DNA of 63,770 nt, filler included, from Reticulomyxa filosa (lineage: Eukaryota > Protista > Foraminifera), in the NCBI GenBank assembly GCA_000512085.1. It is 16 parts of 16 records of this genome, joined end to end, with 100 filler letters (N's around TTAATTAATTAA, not from the genome) between each part and the next. Parts side by side here need not be neighbours in the genome. Positions count along the whole stretch, not along the records: positions 47,954 to 54,666 come from ASPP01013155.1; positions 54,767 to 60,435 come from ASPP01029685.1; positions 60,536 to 61,570 come from ASPP01004648.1; positions 61,671 to 62,670 come from ASPP01047209.1; positions 62,771 to 63,770 come from ASPP01040652.1; 11 more parts are not named here. One strand, given 5' to 3'. Position numbers and translations under genes: made by a program. The first letter of the stretch is position 1. Each line of letters starts with the position of its first letter. Of the stretch, positions 48,801 through 62,776 are shown piece by piece. The notes beneath the pieces are model-generated. The model made no database searches. It was not told the origin of the DNA and worked only from the letters and a program-made list of their open reading frames with translations.

Positions 48801-50159
48801 AACTGTACTTAGAATGCTAATGTATAAAGTGTTTGTTTTTCTGAAAAGAAATTGTCAAGTGTTGTTAATAGTCTGAAAAAAGATTGATCGTGTACACATT
48901 TAATGCACACAACACCAGCAAATAAAATGAAACAATGATAAAATCAATTATAAGAAAACAACTGTATTAATGCAATTATTAAAATTTGTAATAAAATTGA
49001 ATGCATTCCTCTTATTGCTTTCTTAGTTCAAATGGCGACAGCTGCAATTTTACATTCATCACATCAATATCTTTGAAGCTTGTTGATTTTCTGCTTGTGT
49101 GATTCCGCTGAAAAGTTGTACAGAAAAAGAAAATATTCCTAACGACAGAAGTGGCGTTTTAGCGGATGAACAAGGCAGTAAAAAAGACCGAAAGATAAGA
49201 AGATGGAAAGGTGGAATGCAATGGGCCAATATTTAATTTTAAGAACTAAAAAGTACTAATGAATGAATAAGGATATTTGTCAACATAAGAAGGCCGGTAA
49301 ACCAAGAAAACCAGATGATAGAGGAAATTGTGGTAAAAATGGCAGTGGCACAGAATACTATTTGAACCAAAACGAATTCTGGACATAAAGATAGAATTGA
49401 TCAAACAACACGTACATCATATCATTAACCAACAAAATGCACATTCAGATAAATAAGGAGAAATGAAGCTACGAGTAAGTAATAACATGACCAAGGTCCA
49501 GGGTAGCGTGAAAGAATTTGCGAAGATAATAAATCATAGAAAGAAAAACAACTACAATACAAATGGTATATAATAAAGTGATAACACTTAAAAAGAACTA
49601 ACTAAAAATGGAGATAAATAGAATGCCAGAGATATTGGATGAAATAAATAAATAAATATGATGGAACAGCAAACAGAAAAAGCAGATTTATTTGATCAAA
49701 ATACAGGTGAAGGAGTAACAAGATTAATTGTACAAATAAATGTGGATAAAAGTACCATAACAACTATAAATCCTAGTAGTGATAATAGAAACAAAAAAGG
49801 AAGCTGGAACAAACACGCAAGCTAATTAGGAAAGCAAAGGAAGTGTATATAACTACATGCAATAAGGGAATAATATGCATTACAAATAAGTGGTGCGTCC
49901 AATGATTGAATATGTGATGCAACTTAGACTCAACTAGGTCAAATACCCAAGCTGCTGCATGTGGGAATCAAGGATCAATCCAAGATATTTCACTCTTCAA
50001 ATTTCATTATTGAAATGTTAATTTTATCTTTGGAAGTTTCCTTTTACTTTGCTGTCTGAATGTGATGCATTGAGTCTTATCCGCTGCAAGCAACATCTTC
50101 CATTTATTGACCCAAATGGATACATCATCCAGACTTGCTGTAGTGATTCTAATTGATCA

Positions 50160-50760
50160 TTTCATTGACATCACTTGTAAATATCGATGTCCAAATTGCT
50201 ATATCAGCGAATATTACACATTGAATTGGTTGTTGAATGACTGTTTGTAAATTATTGATTTACAATAAAAATAATATTGGTGAAAGTGCATATCCTTGTA
50301 GAACTCCAGTATTGAATTCGATCCATTCTGAATGAACTATCTTCCAAGTCGATCTGATAATAAGCTGTCAATCCATTAATATAATCTTTCATCTTAATTC
50401 ATTTCTCCAAATACTGCAGAGATATCCAATAATACTGCATAAGTGACTGAATTGCAATCGAATGAATTATATGTTGTCTCATTAATCGAAGTAACAATTC
50501 GTATTTATTATGCCATAATTGGAATCCTGCTTGTGTTTAATATGATATTGCTTATCATTCAACCACTACATTAATTTCCTTTCCATTAATTTACCAACAG
50601 TAGATAATAATGCAATTGATCTATGATTTTGCAATGACCGTAATCTCTGTTAGGTTTGGGAATGTACAAAATGTTTGCCTTTTTCAATGCGACTGGCATG
50701 CATCCAATCATCCAAATAGGAATATAAATAAACTTAATTACTGGATTAGCTGAATTTAGT
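50160..50760 (-). mobile_element. Decayed LINE reverse-transcriptase relic
   Basis: GCMPVALKKANILYIPKP, VTYAVLLDISAV, TGVLQGYALSPILFLL, IFADIAIW with many stops. Confidence 0.85.
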
Positions 50761-51651
50761 TTTTCAGCTTTAATTGTGGTAATTATAATCATTTGTGTGT
50801 TAGTGTTAGTTTTCAACATATTTTCAAATGTGATTTTTCCTTTTCTTTTCATCTTGTTGACTTAAACTTATAAGTGCAAGTTGTATGTTGGAATGTACTG
50901 TCTTCATTTTCTTTGCAGCATCTGTATCCAATCACTTTCTGGTTTGATGAGTTTTTTTACATTTCTTTTGCTATCAATACATTCCATTCGAGTATTTGTT
51001 AACTGACCTGATACTTAAAGTTTTTTTCCACCAGTTGCTTAAAAGAAAGCAACGACAAAAAAAATAATAAAAAACTGTTGAAACAACGATTAGTAAACAA
51101 CTCTTTTACAACTAAAAAGAAAATCTTAACTAAAAAAATTCATATGAAAAAAATTCGGTTAGAAATGATTTCACTTGATTTTATCTTTCGAGATATTTTT
51201 AGATATCTTGTTCTTTCGATTTGATTGGCTAGATACTTTAAGATCTTGAACTTTCACCGAGATAATCAAGATGATCAAGATGATGGATATATATAAATTT
51301 TATAAATTATTGTATATCGAAGAAAATATATTTACATGATTCTTCATTGGAAGGTGATAATGATAATATAATATCATACCAAATCTGGAAAGAAAATAGT
51401 GTTTATTTGTGTTATGATAACAATAAAGGAAATACAAAAGTAAAACTACAATACTGTGGACATTGTCTTTTTTTGACTAAATGATTAAAAATTAGACAAA
51501 AGTGTTTCTTAACAAAAAATGGTTTCCTTTTCACTAACTTATTTCAGTATCACATTGGATGAGTGATGTTAATTTTCTTTAATTGTGGATCAACAATTTC
51601 ACTTTACAAATGTTTTTTATTTTCAAATCACAACTCGCTTATAAGTATTTT

Positions 51652-51840
51652 TCATTTTCCTTTTTGTGATCCTAGCATCGAAAACGAATCAACTACATCT
51701 TTGTAATTAAATACAAAAATTTCTAACTTAATTACCAATGACATTTCATAATATTCAATTGTTTTATTGTATTCGTTTTTTTGATTGTAGATTACACCTA
51801 ATCTATTAGATGACGATACAATACCTGTGTTTGGCTTCAA
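51652..51840 (-). pseudogene. Isolated TPR-repeat fragment (kinesin light chain-like TPR)
   Basis: SSNRLGVIYNQKNEYNKTIEYYEMSLVIKLEIF..VVDSFSMLG resembles the TPR consensus; no intact flanking gene. Confidence 0.6.
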
Positions 51841-53178
51841 AAATTGCTATTGAAAAAAAAATGGACAAATGACCCACTTATTTACTTCTTTTTGCATTTA
51901 GAGAAATTTGTTTTCCGCAATCATGAGATAATTATTGAAAATATCTAGTTAAAATAGTGCTTAGAGTTTTTTATTTTATCGTCTCCATTATTGTTTTGAT
52001 ACAGTTCTAAGACTGTTTCTTCCAAACTTTTTAAGTTCATTGAAGCAAATGTTACTTCATGATCTTTTTTCAAAGCAAATAAAAGTATTCCCAGTTATCA
52101 CGAAAAAAATTTGAAAAGCGTTCTTTGTCTCACCCCCAGTTTTTTTTACAAATCTTTTCCAATGTTTATGTTATTTTAAAATTGTAATGTTTTGCACAAG
52201 TCAAAAAAATTTTTTAGCTAAGATATCACGATCAAACAACAAAGTGTATCTGTATTCATAACATTGAATATTGGGGTTCTGTTTTTTTGCATTTCGTAAA
52301 AATGAAAAAAGCATCTTACTCAATTCGTACCAAGTTTTTTTTTTTTGCGCACAATTTTTGTTAACTATTTTTGCCATAAAAATTCATCAACTTTTTTGGC
52401 CAGTTAAATGATTTTCTCGAATGCCCTTATTGATAGACTCCAAAAAAACTGGAGTATCTTTTTATACTTTCAACCAAAAGCAGATTGGAAAAAAATCTTA
52501 ATAGAAATATATTTTCTTCTTGATCGAATATGTAATGTCTCTTGAATGAATTAAGTAGAAGTAATCTAATATGAAATGATTCACAAAAACTGTTTTTTTT
52601 AATTCTTTTTATCATGTTCTTTATAAACTTGTTTGGGATAAAATGAAAATATTGTTTAGGAAAAATTTTGAATAATTTTATCGTGTTTATTCATTAAAAA
52701 CTCAAACTAACTTTTTTGGAGTCACTCGAATAATGCAGAGTTTTTTTGGAATTAAAGCATCACTCCAATTAATGTAGAGTTTTTTTTTGGAGAAGAAACA
52801 AGTCACATACGTGATTATCAAATTTCTTTTGGTAAAGAAATGAATTTGTATTGTAAAACTGTTTTAGTTTCAATGAAACTCATTTTAGATTTGGATTGAT
52901 GCTGTTCATTTTAAAGATTAATGAAAAGATTGAAGTAAAACATTTATGCATGGATTCAAACGAATAAAAATGAAATGTATCATAGATTCATAATTGATAT
53001 CTTTTAAAAAAACATGGGAAGAATATTTGTTTTTTTAAAATGCCATTTCTTCTAGCTCTTCTAATCTGGTATTATCTTTTTTTCGTTCAACCTTTTTTAA
53101 AAAAACTACTTTGTTAAAACAGCTTTTTTTGTTTTTCCGTTGCAACTCGAATTTGCTTTAGGCATTTCTGTTACATTC

Positions 53179-54666
53179 CTCGCAAGACATGTATATGTCC
53201 ACTGGAGTCAGTATTACTGGGTTTTACGTTGAACATTCTGATTGTTTCGATATCAAAAAGTATACGAGGCTACGCCAAACAATGATATCAATACTTTCTT
53301 GAAACTATGCCAAATCAAAAAGCTTTCGTTTTTTTTAGTCGTTCACAACATTATGTCCTGTTGTTTGTTAGCTTTTCTCCGTCGTTGTCGTTTTTTTCCC
53401 GCAGAAACGCTTGAAAAAAACATAGAAAATTATATATGAGCATTTTTCTTCAACATTACAAATATTTCATATATGCAAATTAATTTCCATTAAACAAGCT
53501 GTTTCACCAAGATTCAAAGTCATTTGAGTGAAAATAAATAAAGATTTCAAACTTTGCCACAATAATAATAATAATTTATTTATTATTATTATTTGTTATG
53601 TTATTAGCAAATAAAAAAAGGAAGAATTAAAGGACAGTATTTGGAAAGCAAACAATAAAATGAAGAGCTTGAGAGAATAGCAAAGAACAAAAAGACAAAT
53701 TGAACAACTCAACGTATCATTTGAATTTTCAAAAAAATATTTGTGTCAATAGCGCTGTATATGTAATGTATACATGATTTATGTTACAAACAATATAGAC
53801 AAACACAACTGTATTATCAAACAAAGAACACAAGAAAAACAATAAGGCAAAAGCTATATCACAATGAGGTGATTATTTACCAGAATATGAAGATGAAGAG
53901 GGATGGTAATAAAATGTAGCAAAATGAAACTATTCGTTTTTTTTTTGTCTACAATTATGGTCGTAGCGTTTGATCTTATTTTGTTTCGTTTGTTCATTCA
54001 GTAAAATAAACTGATTTTTCTTAGTGCCATTGTCTTCATTGTTGCTCAATCAAATGTTATTTGTTTTTGTTTGAAAAACATTTTTTTTTGGAGTCAGCAA
54101 GAGTTTTTTTGGTTTATTAAAAAGCTTAGTTTAGAATTTTTGTTTGCAATGGGAATACTCAAAATGATGGTAAATGGATAATTACTACAAACAAAGTCGT
54201 TAATTTTGAGCAGAAGAGATATTGCATTTGCGATTCATTGTGATACAACTTTCTAATCTAGTGATAACGTTATTTTTTAAACGGAATTTTACTTAGAATT
54301 ACTCTTCAAATAGAATTTTATCAAAAAAACAGGCAAAGTGAATTTTTTTGGATTTTATAACAAATTGACGATATATGAAATATTTGTAATGTTGAAGAAA
54401 AATGCTCATATATAATTTTCTATGTTTTTTTCAAGCGTTTCTGCGGGAAAAAAACGACAACGACGGAGAAAAGCTAACAAACAACAGGACATAATGTTGT
54501 GAACGACTAAAAAAAACGAAAGCTTTTTGATTTGGCATAGTTTCAAGAAAGTATTGATATCATTGTTTGGCGTAGCCTCGTATACTTTTTGATATCGAAA
54601 CAATCAGAATGTTCAACGTAAAACCCAGTAATACTGACTCCAGTGGACATATACATGTCTTGCGAG
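53179..54666. repeat. Inverted repeat with 296-bp arms (53179-53474 and 54371-54666) and an 896-bp spacer
   Basis: The arms are reverse complements, and the identical 65-aa ORF appears on both strands. The right arm runs to the contig end. Confidence 0.95.
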
Positions 54667-55033
54667 NNNNNNNNNNNNNNNNNNNNNNNNNNNNNNNNNN
54701 NNNNNNNNNNTTAATTAATTAANNNNNNNNNNNNNNNNNNNNNNNNNNNNNNNNNNNNNNNNNNNNCCAAAATTGGCAATACTTTAAAATCAAAAGGAAT
54801 CGTTTTTTTTGTTAAAACACAACAAAAAAAACCGCTCAGACTGCTCTTTTTATACTCAAGTTGTTTAACAATACTTTTTGCGTTCAAGTGTATTTTTTCT
54901 GTTCGATGGTAAATATCCTGGTTACAACTGAAACTTTTTGCAGCGCAAAAAAAGTTTTTTTTAAACTGCTTCATTGTATTTTACAAAAAAAAAGTGTTCT
55001 TCTGAAATTTTTCAACGGTAACTCAAGCAAAAT

Positions 55034-55270
55034 GTTAGATTTTGTGAATGCATTTAAACATGAAAATGAAGGCACGGTTGTGGAGGCGAAAAACTTGCAA
55101 GGATTGGAAGTGCAATTGACGTATCACTTGGACGGGAGCAACTATAACTATAAAACGGTGATATTTGAGGAGGACATGACAGATCATTCGCAATACTTTG
55201 AAAACAAGTATAGCTACAACACTGGTGTCTTGGTACCTTGCACCAAGTTTAAGTGTAAATTGACCTGTTA
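55034..55270 (+). CDS. Small hypothetical protein exon
   Basis: ATG ORF MLDFVNAFKHENEGTVVEAK.. with coding-like composition. Confidence 0.35.
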
Positions 55271-56944
55271 TTATGTGATTCGATGGTTTGTTACAAATAG
55301 TTGGAAATTGAAAAACCAATTATGCCAGTTTGTTTGTTTTTATTGTTTTGTTTCGATAAGTTTCTGTCAAAAAAGGAATACTGCAAAAAAAAAAAAAATA
55401 AAGGTATGAGGCAATATTGGAACAAAAAAATCAAGATATACAAGCTCGAAAAATATCAGTATCCAGTTCTTCTATTTCCCAGAAGTATATCATGAGTCAT
55501 TATTCACAACTTTCTCATTTTAGTTTCATCTTCTTTTTTTTTTTTCGCTATTTTTTCACTGACTGTTGTTGAAATACGCAACAAAAAAAAAAAAAAGAAG
55601 CATGTAACAAGTCATGAAAAAAAAAGAAAAAACAATTGGTCAAGTTAAAGCTTTTTCACATGCAAGACACTTTTTTTTATTTTATTTTTCATTCGTCAAT
55701 TTCTCAAAAAAAAAAAAAGAACTTGCGAAAGTACTTTTTTTTTATGTGCAAAAAAAAAAGGACGAAGTTCGCATACTGGTGGCAACCAAGATAACGTGAG
55801 AACTGATGACGATGAATCCGAGTGGGAGGCCTCGTTGAAGGACAAGAGGACCAGATACATAAGCAGAAAGAGAAGACTACAAATCACTATGAATGGCATC
55901 CAAATCAAGCAAGCTATTGCATCATGCTTGCTATGGAAATTCTTTTTCCATGTAAATACAATTATGTTTGTTTGTATTAATTCCCACTTTCTGACAGTTG
56001 TTCTTTTAAAAAAATGGAGCTTTTTTATCATTTCATTGTTAAAATTGTACTTTCAGATATGAAACGAGTAAACAACGTAACATCATAAATTTGCAGATGA
56101 ATTGAGCAATGTTGCAGAATTGGATGAATGTATATCGCAAGCTGATAATTACATCCACACTTTGTTTTGTGAAAATCTTTTTATCTCCCGTATGTGAATT
56201 TAGATACACATCGAAGTTATTCAAACCACTGTCAATGGTATAAAAAAAAAAAGGGAGATAATGTTTGTGGGTTTTAGTTGAATACGACCTGTGTTTTTTA
56301 TATTTACCGCAGTGACGCAAATTATGCAGAGCTAATTGTATGTGTGAACATAGTATATACGGCACGTTTTAAGTTGAATTTAATATGTCATAAATATGCA
56401 TAAGCAGGACTAATTACAACTTAAATTAGCATTCTGAAATAATAGCATCTACTCAGTCAACTTTTTTGGTGTTATTTCTGTCACATCTGGAGAGAGGTCG
56501 ATCAAAAAAAGAAAGATTGCCTCAGCGAAACCTTTTTGAAAAGGAGAAGTAAAATGTTTACTCTATTTCGTTTTTAAACAATTGCGTTACATCTCTTTGA
56601 CTCTTCAAAAACCACAAACTTCTGACATTTTCTTGTTGTTTTTAAAGTCTTAAATTTTTAAATGGTTCAGTAACTGTTCATTGTTTTCTGATCGCTTTTC
56701 CATCGCTGCATATTGAAAATGTCACGTGCGACTGAAAGTCGCAATATTTCAAATCTAAAAAATGCTTCCAGTGCATCGCAGAAGATTCTAGTACGAAAAA
56801 ATGCTTAAAAAAGGGAAAAAAAATATCAACAACAACCAGCGACAAGGCGTTGACAATCTTTGATACCTTGACCCTTAGTCACAAGTAACAAGAAAAAAAA
56901 AGACGAAATACAGGAGTCCGACATTATTTTTTTTAATAACTTGT

Positions 56945-59500
56945 TCAATCCTTTCTTTTTGGTATCCAAAAATGCTGTGATGTCCCCATCCCCCCAAGTG
57001 ACAAGCAAAAATTGAATAGTAGTAGTATACACAAAAGAGAATAATGCAATACAAAAATAAAAAAAACTAAACAGTCATCCAAGGTTTTAGTGTAAAGGAA
57101 CCTTTTCTCGAGATCCCTTTGAGCAATATCTTTTTTGAACGTTTCTTTGAGATCATTGATTAAAGGTATTTTAGTCATTAGTTTTTGCAAATCATCTGAT
57201 TCTTCTTTTGCCGATTTGCCCAAATCAGACACAATGTCTTGGATTTTTTTAGCTATGGCACGTGTTTCCAATCCGAAATTGGAGCAATACAAACACAATT
57301 TACTCAATTTGGTTTGTTTGTCCAATAAAAAGCGATAGACATAGATGAGCCAGAGCATTGGTTCTGCAAGAATTTTGCGATTGCTGATGTACATCGCATT
57401 TCGATCGTCCATTAAATTTGCCAGGTTATCTACTCTAACAAATAAACAAAACCAAACAAAATAAGAAGAAGGAACTGCACAAACAAACACAAAACTTTGG
57501 ATTGATATAATAGGAGTATGAGTCAAAGGCATTCAACACCGCAGCATTGGATTTATTCAGAAATTGCGATTTGACCTTTTTCCATTCGATGCAACTTCCG
57601 AAGCCAAGCGATTTTAAATATTTATTGAAATGTTCTGCCAAGCAAAAATTGACGTATCTTCGTGAAGTATTGTACGCCTCCGTTCGCTTTCGTTCGTTGG
57701 GATCCGTAAAGTGTCGAGTGTCTGGATTTTGACGAGTGAAGAACTGAGCGGGCGACTTTTCATCGAGCAAATGTTTCCAATCTTCATTCGTAAGTGTTGC
57801 GCCAAACTTGAACAGATCCCAAGCAGCAACAACGGAATAAGGGCCACAGTTGAACGTGGACCCAGGCAATGATGGGTTCTTGGTTTCTTTAAACTCTACA
57901 TACGAACACGTTTGTTTTCGTAAAAAAAAAAAAAAAGAATGATTCATTCTTTCGTAGGAAGAAGAAGAAAGAGGGGAGAGGGATTACTTTAAAACAGTCA
58001 AACATGCCTGTGTGCATGTCTTGGTGAATGTCATAAAAAATGAGCAAACAATTTCGCATCATCGCTTTCATGGTGTCAACGCACAGAATGTAAGCCTTTA
58101 ATGCATGGTCAATATCCTTGAGAGCGGTGGTTCGAAAGCCAAGGACTTTGCGTTTCTTTTTCCATTCGTCGTAACTGGGCAAATGACTTTCCAAAATAAC
58201 CTGTCCATTGTTGTGGAAGCGTTCGTAAATGAATCGAAAAAAAAATGGGGATCAAGGAATCTCTCGGCTTCGGGTTTCTTGTGTTCCAATTCTTCATCTT
58301 CCAAGCGGATATCGCATTCCTCAAATGTTCCCTCTTTCGGTTCCAACCACAGTGTCAGATCAAAGTCCTTTGTCTTGCTCTCTTCTTGTGACTTCTCGTC
58401 CCTCAGATCGTCGTCGTCATCATCATTATCATCACCGTCATCGTCATCGTCATCGTCGTCCTCGGCTAATACATGTGGCTGATCTCTCTTCTGCTTCACA
58501 CTCGTCTTCCCATCTTCACTTTCCTTGTCTTGATCTTGTGTCCCATTGCTGAGTTTGATTGCGGTGTTGCCCCCTTTTTTTTTTTAAAAAAAAGGGGAAG
58601 GAGGGGACGAGAAATGAGTAAACAGACCAAAAGGCCCAACATCAAATGCACTAAACGGATACTCAGAATAACCCCATCCACTTGCAGAACTGCTTTGACT
58701 GTTGATTTGTGTGTTACTTTTGGACAGTTGTTTGGAAATCTTCTTCGATTGTCGGTTGGCTGTTGTCACGTTCGATTGCACTTTGTCGTTTTTTTCCACT
58801 ACGGACACGTTTTTTTGATCATTCTTGTTTCACAGCATAGGATAACAACAACCAAACAAACAATGTCCACAAAGATTTGAACGGTACAAAAAGCACCTTA
58901 AAAAAAAAAAAAAAAAAAAAATGGTCGAATGCATCCTTCATGTTACCTCCTCTTCATCATCTCGGGACGATGAGACAACATACGATTGATCCTGTTGATC
59001 GTTTTTTGCATTGTGGTGGTTTCTGTCACCAAATCCTGCCGTTGCTGCCTTTGTTAAGCCGTCGCTCTTCAATCATCATTTTTGGCACAGAAGACACAAC
59101 ATTGGTAAATACATATTCACGCAAGAACACAACAACCAAAGGCAATTGAACTGAATCCGTATCCAATTCATTATCACTTTTCTCTGTCACTTCGTCTTCA
59201 TCTTCTTCTTCATCTTCGTTATCCATTGAATTTAGTACTTTGTCCACAAATGATTGTCGCATCTGTATCATTGTTGGCTGACGTTGTAGACTTTGTCCTG
59301 TCTCAGCATTTTCCATGTGACGAAAAAAATCGCTAAATTTTTTCTGTTCAATTTTTTGGGTTAATGCAGGGGGGTACGTTATCAACATATACTCTTCTTC
59401 AAAAGTCTAAAAAGATACACCAACCGCTTCAGCATCCATCTCCAAATTGGTCAGAGGGCTTTCCGGCACTGTTGAATTTGATGGTGATAAATTGGCCGTC
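56945..59500 (-). CDS. Large hypothetical multi-exon protein with acidic tracts
   Basis: Series of coding-like minus-strand ORFs separated by poly-T/A intron-like tracts; poly-Asp run; no motif recognised. Confidence 0.55.
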
Positions 59501-60598
59501 ATTTTATGTTCAATAATGATTTGATTGGTCACTTCCCGATTTTGCAAATTATTTAGTTTCTGTAACGTTCAGTTTCTGTTCCACTGGTTATCTTTTTTCT
59601 TTACTGAAAATTATTTTTTTAGCAAGTTTAATGTTGCACCTCACTCAATAGGGACAGTGACATAAATTTTAAAAAAAGTAATTGGTTTGACATTGAAACC
59701 AAATATTACATTTTTGTTTTGTTTGCAATTTTTTTGGCTTGCTTTAGTCCGATAACATTCATTAATTGAGTGCTCTTGGAATATTTATAATAATTTAGAA
59801 TGAAAATACTCAAATCACTGGTATTATAAATATATGTACATTGATCGGATTATGGACATAGTATATTTTATCTGGAAAATTTTCATCGCTTATAGTTGAA
59901 TCCAGTTTTGGATCCAACGTATTTTCATCGTTCTTTTCTTTTTATTTGTTTTTTTCGATCTTTTATTTCTTTTTTTATCGTGATTTCTTCTTTTCTTCAA
60001 GTATATATTGTTAAGATTATTTGCTTGTATAATGTTATTTACTGGAATAATTTCAACAAGTTGTTTTTGATTTTATACCAATTGAGACAGTGAATTAAAT
60101 TCAGTATCTTGAACGACGCAATTGATAATCTGATTGATTTGCAAACCGTGAGGTAGCGAAATGCAGAAATGAGATTGACACAAGCAAACTTAAATGTGTT
60201 TGTGTAATAATAAACATTGTAAAGTGTATAATATATATCTTCGTCAACTTGCAATATTATTTGACATATCTACATACACAAACTAAGGCCTTTCAAGTTA
60301 AGATAGCAAATCATTTTAAGAAATAGAACAAAGTACTCAAAAGAAACACAAAAACAAAAGAAAGACATACAAAATTTTACAACGACATGGTCTGTATAAT
60401 AGATTATACAGTAAGTTGAAAAGAAAACTGAACGCNNNNNNNNNNNNNNNNNNNNNNNNNNNNNNNNNNNNNNNNNNNNTTAATTAATTAANNNNNNNNN
60501 NNNNNNNNNNNNNNNNNNNNNNNNNNNNNNNNNNNAATAAAAGTAACTTGGCGACATCACAAGATATAACGACGTTTGCATTTGAACAGCTATTTAAA

Positions 60599-61470
60599 TT
60601 ATTTGTAAATTTGTAGCGAACCATTCACGTCGTTAATATTGTGATCAAATAATTTGCGCGATATTTTGGATATTAGTATGATGAACTTTGTGGATTTGAG
60701 ATAGTTTTGAATGCGGCCATTTTGTGTCCATAGTGCGAGGTAGTCTTGTTTGAGGCATAAGTGCCATTGAGTATCACGCATAGGAGAAAGCAGCGTTGTT
60801 TTGCATAAAAGAGGCTGGGCAATCACGATTGACTTGCAATTAAATTGCTCGTCGTATGCATTATTGCCCAAATCCTCATATGCGCCAACAGCGCTTCTGT
60901 CCCCTTAAAGGCATGTACTGAGCCATTTGGCCATGATAACAGACTGTCAGCAAACTTCCTACCAGCTGGTCTGACCGTGTGTAAGTGTCCACCGCATTTG
61001 TCCATTCTTCACTTGGCAATGCCACCGCATACTCGCACAATCTTGTAATCTGCTTTATCATACGATCTATACAAATTTTTTTTGTTTGTCCGTTTTTTTT
61101 TATAAAAAAAAGAAGTAAAAACAAAAAAAACGTAACATTGCAGTCTTGGACAACAATTGCAAGATGGTTGGTGAATTTTGTTTGTCGGCATTGGGCGTTT
61201 GTACTTGATGTTGGAATTCGTGCAGACGTACAATTGGATATCTCTTGGATTTGACATTGAGATAACTGAACGGCACACCTGCTGCGACAATGTATATCAT
61301 TGATGGCTGATTCTACATTTGCGCCAATGTGACACATGAAATATTTGATTGACATTAATGTCTTCAGTTCTATTCTCGATCCTGATCCTTTGTGCAATTT
61401 GTGATCTTCATTCGATGGTGTCTTGCTTGCAATCATTTCTAATTCACCACTTGCCAATCTATTGCTGTTT
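60599..61470 (-). CDS. Hypothetical protein fragment or pseudogene
   Basis: Coding-like ORF pieces with an intron-like tract near 61070-61132. Confidence 0.3.
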
Positions 61471-62053
61471 ATTTTTTTTAAGAAAAATTCATTTGTCATA
61501 AAATCTATTATATATACAAGCACTTACATTTACTATCTCTTGATATACGTAAACCTCCCTTTTTTTTTCANNNNNNNNNNNNNNNNNNNNNNNNNNNNNN
61601 NNNNNNNNNNNNNNTTAATTAATTAANNNNNNNNNNNNNNNNNNNNNNNNNNNNNNNNNNNNNNNNNNNNGTCCCACAAAAAAAGAACATCCATCACACT
61701 TTTTAAAATAATTTTTTTGAAATAACATCCACATTAAACATAATTTATCAAATGTTTTATAACATTAGATTAGAAATATTCAAATGACACGTGCTAACAC
61801 AGATCGGAAAAAGCGTATTCTCTATAAAAAAAAAGTTTTTAGTAAACAAAGAATTTTTATAATTGTAAATGTGGGCAAAAATTCAGCATCACAATTTATT
61901 TCTCACAAGTTTTGAGACTGCATTGATTGTTATGGAATAACTTTATAAATGTTTTATTTTGAAAGGAAACTATCGATATTTCGTTTGATAAACAGTTTTG
62001 AAGGAAGGTTATGCTGTAGGGGCAGTAAAAAAAAAAGAAAAATAAAGGAAAAA

Positions 62054-62670
62054 ATGGAAAATAGAAGACGTGCTGTTTCAGTGCTAGCAACCAGTGCTCA
62101 ATCAATGCATTCACGAACTCCAGATGGATCAGAAAAAGTGGAGGAAAAACATAATAAAATGTTAGAGTGTGGAGACTTTCCTCAAAACCAAAAACAACAT
62201 TTTCAAGTGCCGCCCCAGCTGGAATGGAAAGAGGAAATGGAGACAGCAATAGATAACCGAAAGTATTGGGATACATTGGACCAAATGTTAAAGACACTAT
62301 GGCTTGGGATAGGAATAATTCGGTTGAATTTTGGAGAAAAGAAATGTTTCATTGGAACAGGATGTGTGTTTTACGTGCGAAAAGAAGAAGTGTATGCATT
62401 GACATGGTCCGGGAACTTGGAGTGCATCGACACAAATACAAAAGAAAAAAAGACGTTGAAAAAGGCATGGTTCGAGCGCCGAGAGACATCAAAGGCATGG
62501 ATAGGAGTGACGAGCGAAAGCAAGGCAATATATAGTATTTGCGAGTATTGGGAGCACGGACACTTTGCAGTGATGAAGTTTGTGGAGACAAGTGCCAATG
62601 CATTTTATAGCATCCATTGGCCAGAAATGTATGGTTTCGAATGCAAAAAGCCAAAGACGTCGAGATTGGG
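62054..62670 (+). CDS. Trypsin-like (PA clan) protease homolog, probably catalytically dead, 3'-truncated
   Basis: IGIIRL..IGTGCVF..YALTWSGN (in place of LTxAHN)..HFAVMKF (in place of DxAxL). Confidence 0.5.
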
Positions 62671-62776
62671 NNNNNNNNNNNNNNNNNNNNNNNNNNNNNN
62701 NNNNNNNNNNNNNNTTAATTAATTAANNNNNNNNNNNNNNNNNNNNNNNNNNNNNNNNNNNNNNNNNNNNTGTCTC

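Noticed and set aside
53242-54603. Two identical 65-aa ORFs as duplicated genes
   Set aside because: They are a by-product of the inverted repeat, start at TTG and show no coding signature.
14514-62770. Repeated TTAATTAATTAA within N runs as a biological repeat or CRISPR-like array
   Set aside because: It is an artificial six-frame-stop contig linker, so adjacency across it has no biological meaning.
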